25,873 nucleotides of DNA from Elusimicrobiota bacterium (GTDB taxonomy: Bacteria; CG03; SLGR01; JBDRKX01), in assembly GCA_043813605.1 (NCBI GenBank), contig JBDRKX010000101.1, forward strand, positions 1-25,873. Direction: 5' to 3'. Numbering within the stretch: the stretch's first letter is position 1; each line of letters begins with the position of its first letter. Below the pieces are notes generated by a model. The model saw only the letters and a list, made by a program, of their open reading frames with translations. It made no database searches and was not told the origin of the DNA. Position numbers and translations under genes: made by a program. This document shows positions 15,708 to 24,184 of this stretch, piece after piece.

Positions 15708-16727
15708 ATGCTGGGAATAGATATAGGCACAAAAAATATAAAAATAGTGAACGCTGTAAAAAAAAGCGATGAGTTTTATGATATAACAGCCGACATGGTC
15801 GCAATTCCTGCTAACGCAAATGCAAAGACCAGAGATAAGACGGTATCGCAGTTGCTCAGGTCACTGGTAAGAAAAAACGGCATAAAGGAAAAAGTAGCTA
15901 CTGCTTCTATAGGTAATCCGGATATAGTGATAAGAAAACTGGATTTTCCTAACATGCCGCGCGGAGAATTGTCCAATACAATAAAACTCCAGGCTGAGCG
16001 GCTCATATATACTGATCTGAATAAGATGGATACCGATTTTGACGTCAGAAACAGGGAAGACAAAGAAGGTATGGATGTTATATTTGTCGCAATCGAGAAG
16101 GAGATGGTTACCAGGCATATGAAACTCATACAGGACGGCGGCCTTGAACCGGTTATAATAGATGTCGATAATCTGGCAATGGGCAATAGCTACCTCTCTT
16201 TTGAACCGAATGCCCCGAATGAATCCGTTCTGCTGATGAATATAGGACATTCAAAGACATGTTTTACAATAGTCAGCGAAGGAAATTTCTGTTTTACCAA
16301 GAGTATATCTTTCGGCGGCAAGGATATAACGGAGGAGATCAAGAAAGAGATGGATATCTCTTATGAAAAAGCGGATGTACTGAAGAAAAAGACTGAACAA
16401 TGGGATGAAGTGGGAATGAATATAAAGAATATATTGAGGAAATGTTCGGCAGACCTTCTTGAAGCGATATACCGGTCCGTAGAGTACTGTAAAAGCCAGG
16501 GATTGCTTCAGTCTATTGACAGGATGCTGCTGACCGGCGGATCGGCGAGACTCGGCGAGATCGATAGTTTTTTTAACGGCATACTGGGTATGCCTGCCGA
16601 AATCTGGAATCCTTTTAATAACATCAAATTACTCAGAGACAAGAAACTCGGAGAATACATGAGCGTTGCTCTGGGCGCCGCTATGAGAAGATATTCAACC
16701 GGATACCGGTCGAGGCAGAATGTTTAA
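15708..16727 (+). CDS. pilM: Type IV pilus alignment protein PilM (actin/FtsA-like)
   Basis: LGIDIGTKNIK, GLEPVIIDVDNLA, MNIGHSKT, FGGKDIT, LLTGGSA, WNPF, VALGAAMR. AAGGAG RBS at 15693-15698. Confidence 0.93.
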   Translation: MLGIDIGTKNIKIVNAVKKSDEFYDITADMVAIPANANAKTRDKTVSQLLRSLVRKNGIKEKVATASIGNPDIVIRKLDFPNMPRGELSNTIKLQAERLIYTDLNKMDTDFDVRNREDKEGMDVIFVAIEKEMVTRHMKLIQDGGLEPVIIDVDNLAMGNSYLSFEPNAPNESVLLMNIGHSKTCFTIVSEGNFCFTKSISFGGKDITEEIKKEMDISYEKADVLKKKTEQWDEVGMNIKNILRKCSADLLEAIYRSVEYCKSQGLLQSIDRMLLTGGSARLGEIDSFFNGILGMPAEIWNPFNNIKLLRDKKLGEYMSVALGAAMRRYSTGYRSRQNV

Positions 16728-17292
16728 TATAAATATAATCAGGGACAAAGCCATTACCCCGGAGTTAAAAAAGAAGGTACTTGTACAGTTTATTACAGGC
16801 GCTGTCGGCGTCGCGGGGACAATGGTGATACTGATACTTATTATGATATCCACATCAGTCAGGATGAACAGTTATGAGAAAAAAAAGGATGAGATTAATT
16901 TAAAAGTTGAAGCGCTTATAGAAAAATACAGTATTGAGGAATGGGGTAAAGAATGGCTGGATTCCTATCGCGAAGTGACGGTAATACACGGTATATTTTC
17001 CGAGAGGGCGCTCTTTTCTATGATACTGAGGGATATTGTGCGTATGCTGTCAGATGATATGTGTATAGCAAAAATAGAAGTGGGCAAGAACCAGACAAAG
17101 ATGCTGCTCAAAGTGATCGCTCTTGCAGAAGAGGGCGGAGAATTCACTCAAGTGAAAGAATTCAGCGATAAGCTGGAGACAAGTAAACTATTCGGTTCCG
17201 GAATAAGGCTTGAATCCCAGGAGAGAGCTACTTTATATAATAGAGATGTGAATGTAATAACTATATCAATACCGCTTAAGGAGAACGGGTAA
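16720..17292 (+). CDS. pilN: Type IV pilus alignment protein PilN
   Basis: N-terminal NINII (a variant of the PilM-binding INLLP), a single TM, coiled coil and ferredoxin-like end (FSDKLETSKLF). Directly follows pilM. Confidence 0.75.
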   Translation: MFNINIIRDKAITPELKKKVLVQFITGAVGVAGTMVILILIMISTSVRMNSYEKKKDEINLKVEALIEKYSIEEWGKEWLDSYREVTVIHGIFSERALFSMILRDIVRMLSDDMCIAKIEVGKNQTKMLLKVIALAEEGGEFTQVKEFSDKLETSKLFGSGIRLESQERATLYNRDVNVITISIPLKENG

Positions 17293-18248
17293 TGGACAGG
17301 GTTCAATATAAGAAAAAAGCTCTGGTTATCGGAACAGGTATGCTGGCTGTGTATGCTATTATTGTGGTTTTGATGGTATTTGCTGTAATAAAACCCAAAG
17401 CTGCGTTAGTAGAAAAAGAAAAATATAAGATAAAAGAAATGGAGAATAATTTAAAGGAATATAACGAGTTTGATAATACGGTTAGTGTGTTTGACAACAG
17501 CAAGACCGACATAAGGGACGTTTCAGAGGAGTTTAAGAAAAACCTGTTTAACAAGGAAGAAGTAGAACAGGGTATCCTTGCTGAATTGAACAATATCACC
17601 CGGCAGACAAAGACCAAGATAGACAGGCTGATCCCGATGGGCTCGGTTATAAGGGAAGAAAAGAATTATGAAAAACGGATATGGAAAATAGTCATGACAG
17701 CTGATTTTCAAAGTATATTGTCTTTTATTCATTCCATTGAGAAGAGCCCTATTTTTATGGGTATAGATTCAATTGATATAGTGAGCGGCAAGGAGAAAAG
17801 GCTGCATGAAGCTGAAATTGCTATATACACGGTTATACCGGCATTGACATCTGCACCGGGAATTATCTCAAAATACGATCTAAAAAACTCGACAGAAATA
17901 TTTAAAATACCCAGTGCGACGTTTAATATGGTAGCCAGGATCAGGAGACAAAAGACTGCTCTGCATATTGCTATGATAATGAACAATGACCCGCTTTATT
18001 TCGGAGATACCATATTCCCGCACCTTAAAGAAAAGAAAGTTGAAAAAAAGGAAGCAGTAGTAGAAGAGCAAATGCCATCAATTACGCTGCAGGCAATAAT
18101 CTGGGATCCGGCTAATCCTAATGTCATAATAAACGGGGAGGTGCTTAGCCGCGGCGACAGTATCAAAGGCGTAAGAGTAGTCAGTATAACGCAGACATCA
18201 GTAACAGTTGTATGGCATTCACAAAAAAAAGTATTAAAGCTGAACTAA
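17292..18248 (+). CDS. pilO: PilO-like protein fused to a C-terminal PilP/GspB-like beta domain
   Basis: TM, coiled coil, then a PilO-like domain (ILAELNNI...ADFQSILSFIHSIEKSPIFMGIDSI). Next come NDPLYF and LQAIIWD...VIINGEVLSRGDSIKGVRVVSITQTSV. Lies between pilN and pilQ. Confidence 0.75.
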   Translation: MDRVQYKKKALVIGTGMLAVYAIIVVLMVFAVIKPKAALVEKEKYKIKEMENNLKEYNEFDNTVSVFDNSKTDIRDVSEEFKKNLFNKEEVEQGILAELNNITRQTKTKIDRLIPMGSVIREEKNYEKRIWKIVMTADFQSILSFIHSIEKSPIFMGIDSIDIVSGKEKRLHEAEIAIYTVIPALTSAPGIISKYDLKNSTEIFKIPSATFNMVARIRRQKTALHIAMIMNNDPLYFGDTIFPHLKEKKVEKKEAVVEEQMPSITLQAIIWDPANPNVIINGEVLSRGDSIKGVRVVSITQTSVTVVWHSQKKVLKLN

Positions 18249-18258
18249 GGAGGAGTAT

Positions 18259-19476
18259 ATGAGGAAAATAGTGCTATTTGTTTCGGTCTGTCTGGTTTTC
18301 CAGATGCTGTGGATATCCTGTCCCGTAAGTGCTGCGGAAAACCTGCTCTCAATAGATTTTGAACAAGTTCCCCTGGGCAGCGTGTTAAGGGTGCTTACCA
18401 GTAAAACCGGGCGGAAATTCATAACCGATAGTGAGCTATCAAGCAAAAGGATCGTCCTTCATCTTAATAATGTTACTCCGGACGAGGCCGTTAACGCTCT
18501 TCTTGATACATATAACCTTTATTATGTGCGTCAGGCGGATACCAATATTTATGTTATAAAAAGCAAGGAAAGCGGCAAGATAACGACCGTTTCCCGTATT
18601 TTCTACTGCAGTTATGCAACAGCTAGAAACCTTACGAAGGTATTGACCAGCATGGTCACTTCCGGAGGGAAAATAGATGCTGATGACAGGACAAACGCTA
18701 TAATCGTGACCGATATGGCCGATGTTGTGGAGAAGATAGGGAAATTGATCGCTGAACTCGATACCCCTACTCCGCAGGTATTACTGGAGGCGCGTATTAT
18801 AGATATTAAGATAACAGATTCTTTAGATTCAGGAGTCAATTTCAGTCTTTTTCATAACAAGAACGGTGCGAGCGAGGACACTATTAAGTATAACCAGGCG
18901 CTTGCTCCTAACCAGAGCGTAACCAGCAAGGTCACAATGGGTATACTGGACGGGGATTATGATATTGATGCGATTATCGAAGCCATAGTGACAAAAACTG
19001 ATGCCAAAGTGTTAACTAATCCGAAATTGCTGGTATTGAACAACAGGACAGCCACAATAACTATTGTTGACGAAGTGCCGTATCAGGAACTTACACAGAC
19101 CAGTGAAGGCGGTTCGATGGTTTCTACTGAATTCAAGGAAGTGGGTGTTCTTCTTAAGGTCCAGCCGTTGATAAATAAGGATGGGACGATTATCCTTAAT
19201 ATTCAGCCTGAACAGAGTTTCGATACAGGAGTGTCAGTTTCGGCTATTCCTATAATCAATACCAGTAAGGTAAATACTACGTTTATGCTGAGAGACGGTG
19301 AAACCGCGGTTATAGGCGGACTGATAAGAGAAACAAACACAGTCACTGAATATAAGGTGCCTCTGCTCGGGGATATTCCAATACTGGGTTATCTGTTTAA
19401 GAGGGTTGATATTTCAAAGACACGTAAAGAGCTTACAGTTTTTGTTACGGCCCATATTATTCAGGAATACTATTGA
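18259..19476 (+). CDS. pilQ: Secretin PilQ, compact form
   Basis: Signal peptide. N0 domain (SIDFEQVPLGSVLRVL), N3 domain (ADDRTNAIIVTD...LDTPTPQVLLEARII) and secretin domain (NPKLLVLNNRTA, GETAVIGGL, KVPLLGDIPILGYLFK). AAGGAGGAG RBS. Confidence 0.94.
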   Translation: MRKIVLFVSVCLVFQMLWISCPVSAAENLLSIDFEQVPLGSVLRVLTSKTGRKFITDSELSSKRIVLHLNNVTPDEAVNALLDTYNLYYVRQADTNIYVIKSKESGKITTVSRIFYCSYATARNLTKVLTSMVTSGGKIDADDRTNAIIVTDMADVVEKIGKLIAELDTPTPQVLLEARIIDIKITDSLDSGVNFSLFHNKNGASEDTIKYNQALAPNQSVTSKVTMGILDGDYDIDAIIEAIVTKTDAKVLTNPKLLVLNNRTATITIVDEVPYQELTQTSEGGSMVSTEFKEVGVLLKVQPLINKDGTIILNIQPEQSFDTGVSVSAIPIINTSKVNTTFMLRDGETAVIGGLIRETNTVTEYKVPLLGDIPILGYLFKRVDISKTRKELTVFVTAHIIQEYY

Positions 19477-19525
19477 TATCAGCAGCATCTGGTTGAAATC
19501 AAGATGAGATGATTATGGAGCGAAG

Positions 19526-22522
19526 ATGAACAACACTAAAACGAAAATACTTATAATAGATGACGATACAACTCTTGGCAGCGCAATAAAGATGATCCTG
19601 GACAGCGAAGGCTATGATTCTAAAGTTGCCGCTTCAGCAACAAATGCGCTTCAGCAGATAAATAAAGAGTTTTTCGACATACTTCTCTGCGATTATAACC
19701 TTCCCGATATGCAGGGAATAGACATGATAAAAAAAGCGCTTAAAATCTCAGCTCAATCGGTACCTGTCCTGATTACCGGCGTCAGCTCTATGGATCTTGC
19801 TTTTGACGGTATGCGTGCCGGTGTGCATGACTACCTGGTCAAACCGATAGACTATGAAGAACTGAAAAAAATAATAAAAAGCATTGTCGAGGAGAAGAAA
19901 AAGTCTGCAAAGGGCAAGGAAAAACTCCAGGAAATGAAAGAAACGCTTAAAGAAGGATCCGGCCAAACCGAAGAAACCCCGGAAGATACAGACCATGGAG
20001 AGATCCCCGCAGCTGATAATGATGCGAAAGAACCTGAGCAGACTCCTGTTGGCGGCTTGTCTCCGGAGAAAGATAAAAAAGACAGTAAAACAAAGCCGGC
20101 GGAAGACGGCGCAAAAAAGGAAAGTACTCCGGAAGAAATACAGAAAGAACCAGGGGAGGAAAGCAGTGAAGAAAAGGCGGGAGAATCCGGAATAAAACTT
20201 GAAGAAGATATAGATGACGGCAGGGAACGGCAGAAACCGGTTCCGGATAAAGAAGATCTGCCGGCAACAGAACCGCCAAAACAGGATATGCCTGCTGAAG
20301 CCTCCCCCCAAGTTAAACCAAAAATAAAATTGGAGCTGGATGATAAGGAAGAAAAACCGGCCGGTACTGAAGAAAAAACCTCTAAACCGGAAAAAGAAAA
20401 GAAAGTAGAATCTGTGATCAAACCTGCAGATGTTAAATTCAGTATAAAAAAGCCGGCACCGCCTATATTGAGAGAACCTAAAAAAAACATATTGCCTCCG
20501 GAAGAAGATATGCCCCCTCCGGGTGAATCGAAAGAGAAGACCATATTTGATTTTGTGCTGGACAGGTATTCCAAGATAAAGAAAAAACTTAAGAATTATA
20601 TTATTTTCGGTGTGATATTTGTATTACTATTCATAAGTGTGGATACTGTATTCCTTAAATTGACAGCCCTGGGTAAACAGCTTCATAATATGATCTGGCC
20701 GCCGGCGGTTATTCTCGATAGTATACCATCAGGCGCAAGAGTCTCGCTTACAAGCGAGAGTGGTATGGATATAATTGAGGGCAGTATGTATACACCGGTT
20801 GAGATACCCAAAATAGCACCCGGCAATTACAGCCTTAAGATGGAAATAGATATTTATAATCCGGTTGAGCGTGTTATAACAGTTTATTCTTCGGATAAAA
20901 AGACCGCTAATGTATCAGTATCGGGGAATGTGCAATCGAGCGACTCAAGTGTAAAAACGCAGAAATTCATAATCCCTTTTGAACTGCGTGTTGAAATAGA
21001 ATCTGAACCGGCCGGCGCGGCCATATATATCGATGGAAAAAGACTGGGGGCGGTAACGCCTTTTGCGGTCGACCTGACAGCAGACCAGCATACCGTTCTG
21101 CTTGAGAAAGAAGGATTTGCTAATCTGGGCAATATAGAAATGATTGAAACATACGGCCAGTGCAATATTGATCTTACACAACAGTCACAAAACGGTCTTG
21201 ACGCCAGGTACTGGCAAGTAAGTTCAATGCAGAGAGGCTTGTTGCTTAAAGGGACGTTCTGGAAGACAGTCCGCATAAATTCGGATCCCAAGGAAGCCCA
21301 GTTCTTTATTGACGGAGAACTTACTGGAGTCACACCGTTAGAGATCAAACTTAAAGTAGGGAAGCATAACATGGAAGTAAAAAAGACAGGCTTTGCCGAA
21401 TGGCAGAAAGAGATTGAAGTGCCCGACGATGAATCTGTAATGGCAGAACTGTTAAAGAGAGTTAAGTTTATAGCATATGGCGAGGGCATGGACAGTGAGG
21501 ATATAGGGGCGGAAATCTGGGTAGACAGGGAAAAAATAGAAGGGAAAAAGACTCCTTTTTATCATGTTTACCGGCCGGGTACCTACAGGATTTCTGTTCT
21601 CCGGCCGCCCGACTTTGTGCAGTGGACAAAAAGTGTGAAAATAGGCGATAAGGATACTGTAATAGCAAGATTGCTGCGTAAAAAGTATTTTATTGAAATA
21701 AAGATTACGGAAGAGGATATATCCCAACCTGTGGGGGGGGCAGAAGTTTATATCGATGGGGAAGAAGCCGGACAGAGCGATGAAAACGGTATATGGAAGG
21801 GAAGCGTAAAAAGCGGCTACAGAGACATAAAAATAAAAAAAGAGAGAATAAAACTTAAGATGAAATTTATCTATGAGAAAACTGTAAAAGAAGAGATAAC
21901 GGCAAAGACCAATATAATAGATATTTCGCTCGGAGCCGCTGACGCTACAGAAACAATTGAAGTAGCCCCCGAAATAATAGAGGGAGAAATTGAAGAAATT
22001 ATAACACCGGAACTGAGCATGCAAGAGAAAAAAAGAGTATCAAAGGACCTTGACAGGGTCAGAAAATACTTCGACAAAGGGAAACTGGACAAAGCAGACA
22101 GCAAGCTTGTAGAAGTGTTTAAGACCGATCCTGAAAATATGGAAGGACTTGCTATAAAGAAAGCGATACGGGAAAAAAGGGAAAAAGAACTTATTAAAGA
22201 AAGGCTTAAAAAAGAGCGCAGCAAAAAACAGGAAGAAGAACAATACACTGCAGAACAACCGAAAATAATTGAAGAAGAAATATCGGGCAGTGTCATTGTT
22301 ATAATAGATACACGTCCGCATTTTCCCGGCGCCGCGATATTTTTTGATGGAAAGCGCGAAGGGGAAACTATAAGAAGGATTGGAGAAGTGCCTTTAGGTA
22401 CTCATGAGGTGTCCATAGAACATCCATATATAGGCACGGTAACAAATAAAGTACAATTCAATGAACCGGATAAAAAGATAGTAATAAGTTTCAGCAATAC
22501 CGGGGAGGTAGAAATAAAATGA
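19526..22522 (+). CDS. Receiver domain - acidic/Pro-rich linker - TM - multiple PEGA domains - TPR-like helix pair - PEGA
   Basis: REC domain with D12/D13, D56, T84 and K106-P107. About 200 aa of E/K/P-rich low complexity. TM near aa 358-377. PEGA repeats: LDSIPSGARV, IESEPAGAAIYIDG...TP, INSDPKEAQFFIDG...TP, GAEIWVD...KTP, GAEVYIDG, PGAAIFFDG. TPR-like segment YFDKGKLDKA...DPEN. Confidence 0.85.
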   Translation: MNNTKTKILIIDDDTTLGSAIKMILDSEGYDSKVAASATNALQQINKEFFDILLCDYNLPDMQGIDMIKKALKISAQSVPVLITGVSSMDLAFDGMRAGVHDYLVKPIDYEELKKIIKSIVEEKKKSAKGKEKLQEMKETLKEGSGQTEETPEDTDHGEIPAADNDAKEPEQTPVGGLSPEKDKKDSKTKPAEDGAKKESTPEEIQKEPGEESSEEKAGESGIKLEEDIDDGRERQKPVPDKEDLPATEPPKQDMPAEASPQVKPKIKLELDDKEEKPAGTEEKTSKPEKEKKVESVIKPADVKFSIKKPAPPILREPKKNILPPEEDMPPPGESKEKTIFDFVLDRYSKIKKKLKNYIIFGVIFVLLFISVDTVFLKLTALGKQLHNMIWPPAVILDSIPSGARVSLTSESGMDIIEGSMYTPVEIPKIAPGNYSLKMEIDIYNPVERVITVYSSDKKTANVSVSGNVQSSDSSVKTQKFIIPFELRVEIESEPAGAAIYIDGKRLGAVTPFAVDLTADQHTVLLEKEGFANLGNIEMIETYGQCNIDLTQQSQNGLDARYWQVSSMQRGLLLKGTFWKTVRINSDPKEAQFFIDGELTGVTPLEIKLKVGKHNMEVKKTGFAEWQKEIEVPDDESVMAELLKRVKFIAYGEGMDSEDIGAEIWVDREKIEGKKTPFYHVYRPGTYRISVLRPPDFVQWTKSVKIGDKDTVIARLLRKKYFIEIKITEEDISQPVGGAEVYIDGEEAGQSDENGIWKGSVKSGYRDIKIKKERIKLKMKFIYEKTVKEEITAKTNIIDISLGAADATETIEVAPEIIEGEIEEIITPELSMQEKKRVSKDLDRVRKYFDKGKLDKADSKLVEVFKTDPENMEGLAIKKAIREKREKELIKERLKKERSKKQEEEQYTAEQPKIIEEEISGSVIVIIDTRPHFPGAAIFFDGKREGETIRRIGEVPLGTHEVSIEHPYIGTVTNKVQFNEPDKKIVISFSNTGEVEIK

Positions 22523-24183
22523 AAAAAATAACGGCGATCTTTATTGCGGCCGGACTGTTGTTAACAGCGGCAGGCTCCATACTTTATGCGGATGATATGG
22601 AAACGTATAACGATGCTATCGGCTATATTAATAATTACGATATCGAGAAGGGACTGCAGGGGCTGAATAAAGTCGTCTACTCAAAAACCGCTGATGATGA
22701 TATAAAGGTGAAATCGTATTTCTGGATAGCTTTTATCAAGATGTTTGACGGTGATGAGGGGAAAGCCGGTAGTGTTATGGGTGAGATGCTGTTAAGCGGA
22801 CTGGGTGCAGATTATGATACAGCCAGGCTCCCGGTGGAAATATCGCGTGACAATAAGCTTATGGGCATATACGATAAAGAAAAAGCCAAATATCTGAAAG
22901 ATGAAAAAGAAAAAGAGAAAAAGGCGGCCAAACTGCTTAAAGCTGCAGATAAGTATTTTTCTAAGAATGACCTCGAAAAAGCCAAGGGATCTCTGGAAGA
23001 AGTGCTTATACTTGATCCTGATAACAGCAGGGCAGTATCTATGATGAAACGCATCGAAGGAGGTGACAGCCCGGATCCGCCGCTCCAGGCCGCTTCTTCT
23101 CCTGCTTCTAAAGACCAGGCAGGTGCGGCCGCTGCCGTGGAAAATAATCCGGATATGACTACAGTAATCCCTGAAGATGATTTTAATCCGGTTGAGACAT
23201 ATAATCTGGCATTGGGCCATATAAACAATTATGAGATGGAATCCGCATATAAACTCATGGCGAAAATTGTCGGGTCGAAGACAGCTCACGAACACATAAA
23301 AACCAAAGCTTATTTCTGGACAGCTTTTCTGGACCTGTTTGAGGGAAAAGAGAGAGAAGCGAGAAAAACGATTGTGGATATGCTCTCTGAAGGGCTTGGA
23401 ATCGATTATGACGTAAAAAAACTGCCTGATGAACTTTCGCAGAACATACAGTTGATGAAAATGTACTATGATGAGAAAGAAGAATATATATACAAAAATG
23501 AACACCAGGCGCCGGCGGAACTGGTAAAACAGCTAAAAAAAGCCAGGAAAGCTTATCTCAGCCGCGACCTCGACAGAGCTGAAGTACTGGTGGATGCCAT
23601 CATGTCAACTCATCCGGAAAACCGGCCTGCGCAGGAACTTAAAACGAAGATCATCAGGAGCAGGGAAATAAGAATAAGCGTGCGTAAGCGCCTGGAAGAA
23701 GAATTTTTCCGCAATGCTAAATTTTATTACAGTTCCGGGAATATGCTCGGGACTATGCAGGAGACGAACAAGGTGCTGAAGTTTAATCCAAAACACCAGA
23801 AAGCGTATACCCTGTTCCAGGAAGCGTATAAGAACATAAATAAGATTGTCCGCGATTCAAACGAAAGAGACAGGGCTGTTTTTCAGGATGCCGTCAACTA
23901 TTATCTTGAAGGCAATTATGAAGCAGCCTCATTGAAATTCCGCAAACTGCAGCGTTTCATAAGAGAGGCAGACGTGTTATTGAGCCAATCTGTAGCCAAT
24001 ATAATTCAGAGGGAGAACCTTAACAGATCGATGAAATTCTACCGGCATGCGCAGAAGGATTTTAACAATAGCCGTTTTCAGAGAGCAAAAGAGAATCTTC
24101 AGGTAGTTCTTATGCTGGATAAGTACTGTGTCGAAGCGCTGATACTGCTTGAAGAAGTAAGACAGGAACTTATGAAATACTGA
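22519..24183 (+). CDS. Secreted/periplasmic TPR-repeat protein with internal duplication
   Basis: Signal peptide (…GSILYA). TPR motifs AKGSLEEVLILDPDNSRA, NKVLKFNPKHQKA and AKENLQVVLMLD. Two homologous units of about 150 aa. ATGA overlap with the upstream gene. Confidence 0.82.
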   Translation: MKKITAIFIAAGLLLTAAGSILYADDMETYNDAIGYINNYDIEKGLQGLNKVVYSKTADDDIKVKSYFWIAFIKMFDGDEGKAGSVMGEMLLSGLGADYDTARLPVEISRDNKLMGIYDKEKAKYLKDEKEKEKKAAKLLKAADKYFSKNDLEKAKGSLEEVLILDPDNSRAVSMMKRIEGGDSPDPPLQAASSPASKDQAGAAAAVENNPDMTTVIPEDDFNPVETYNLALGHINNYEMESAYKLMAKIVGSKTAHEHIKTKAYFWTAFLDLFEGKEREARKTIVDMLSEGLGIDYDVKKLPDELSQNIQLMKMYYDEKEEYIYKNEHQAPAELVKQLKKARKAYLSRDLDRAEVLVDAIMSTHPENRPAQELKTKIIRSREIRISVRKRLEEEFFRNAKFYYSSGNMLGTMQETNKVLKFNPKHQKAYTLFQEAYKNINKIVRDSNERDRAVFQDAVNYYLEGNYEAASLKFRKLQRFIREADVLLSQSVANIIQRENLNRSMKFYRHAQKDFNNSRFQRAKENLQVVLMLDKYCVEALILLEEVRQELMKY

Positions 24184-24184
24184 T

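Noticed and set aside
9119..19476. Type II secretion system rather than type IV pilus
   Set aside because: The presence of pilT, an actin-like PilM, the pilMNO(P)Q order and a PilA-type pilin favour T4aP. A secretion role is not excluded.
19900..20540. DNA tandem repeat or CRISPR-like array in the A/G-rich stretch
   Set aside because: It is explained by low-complexity E/K/P codons, with no regular repeat-spacer structure.
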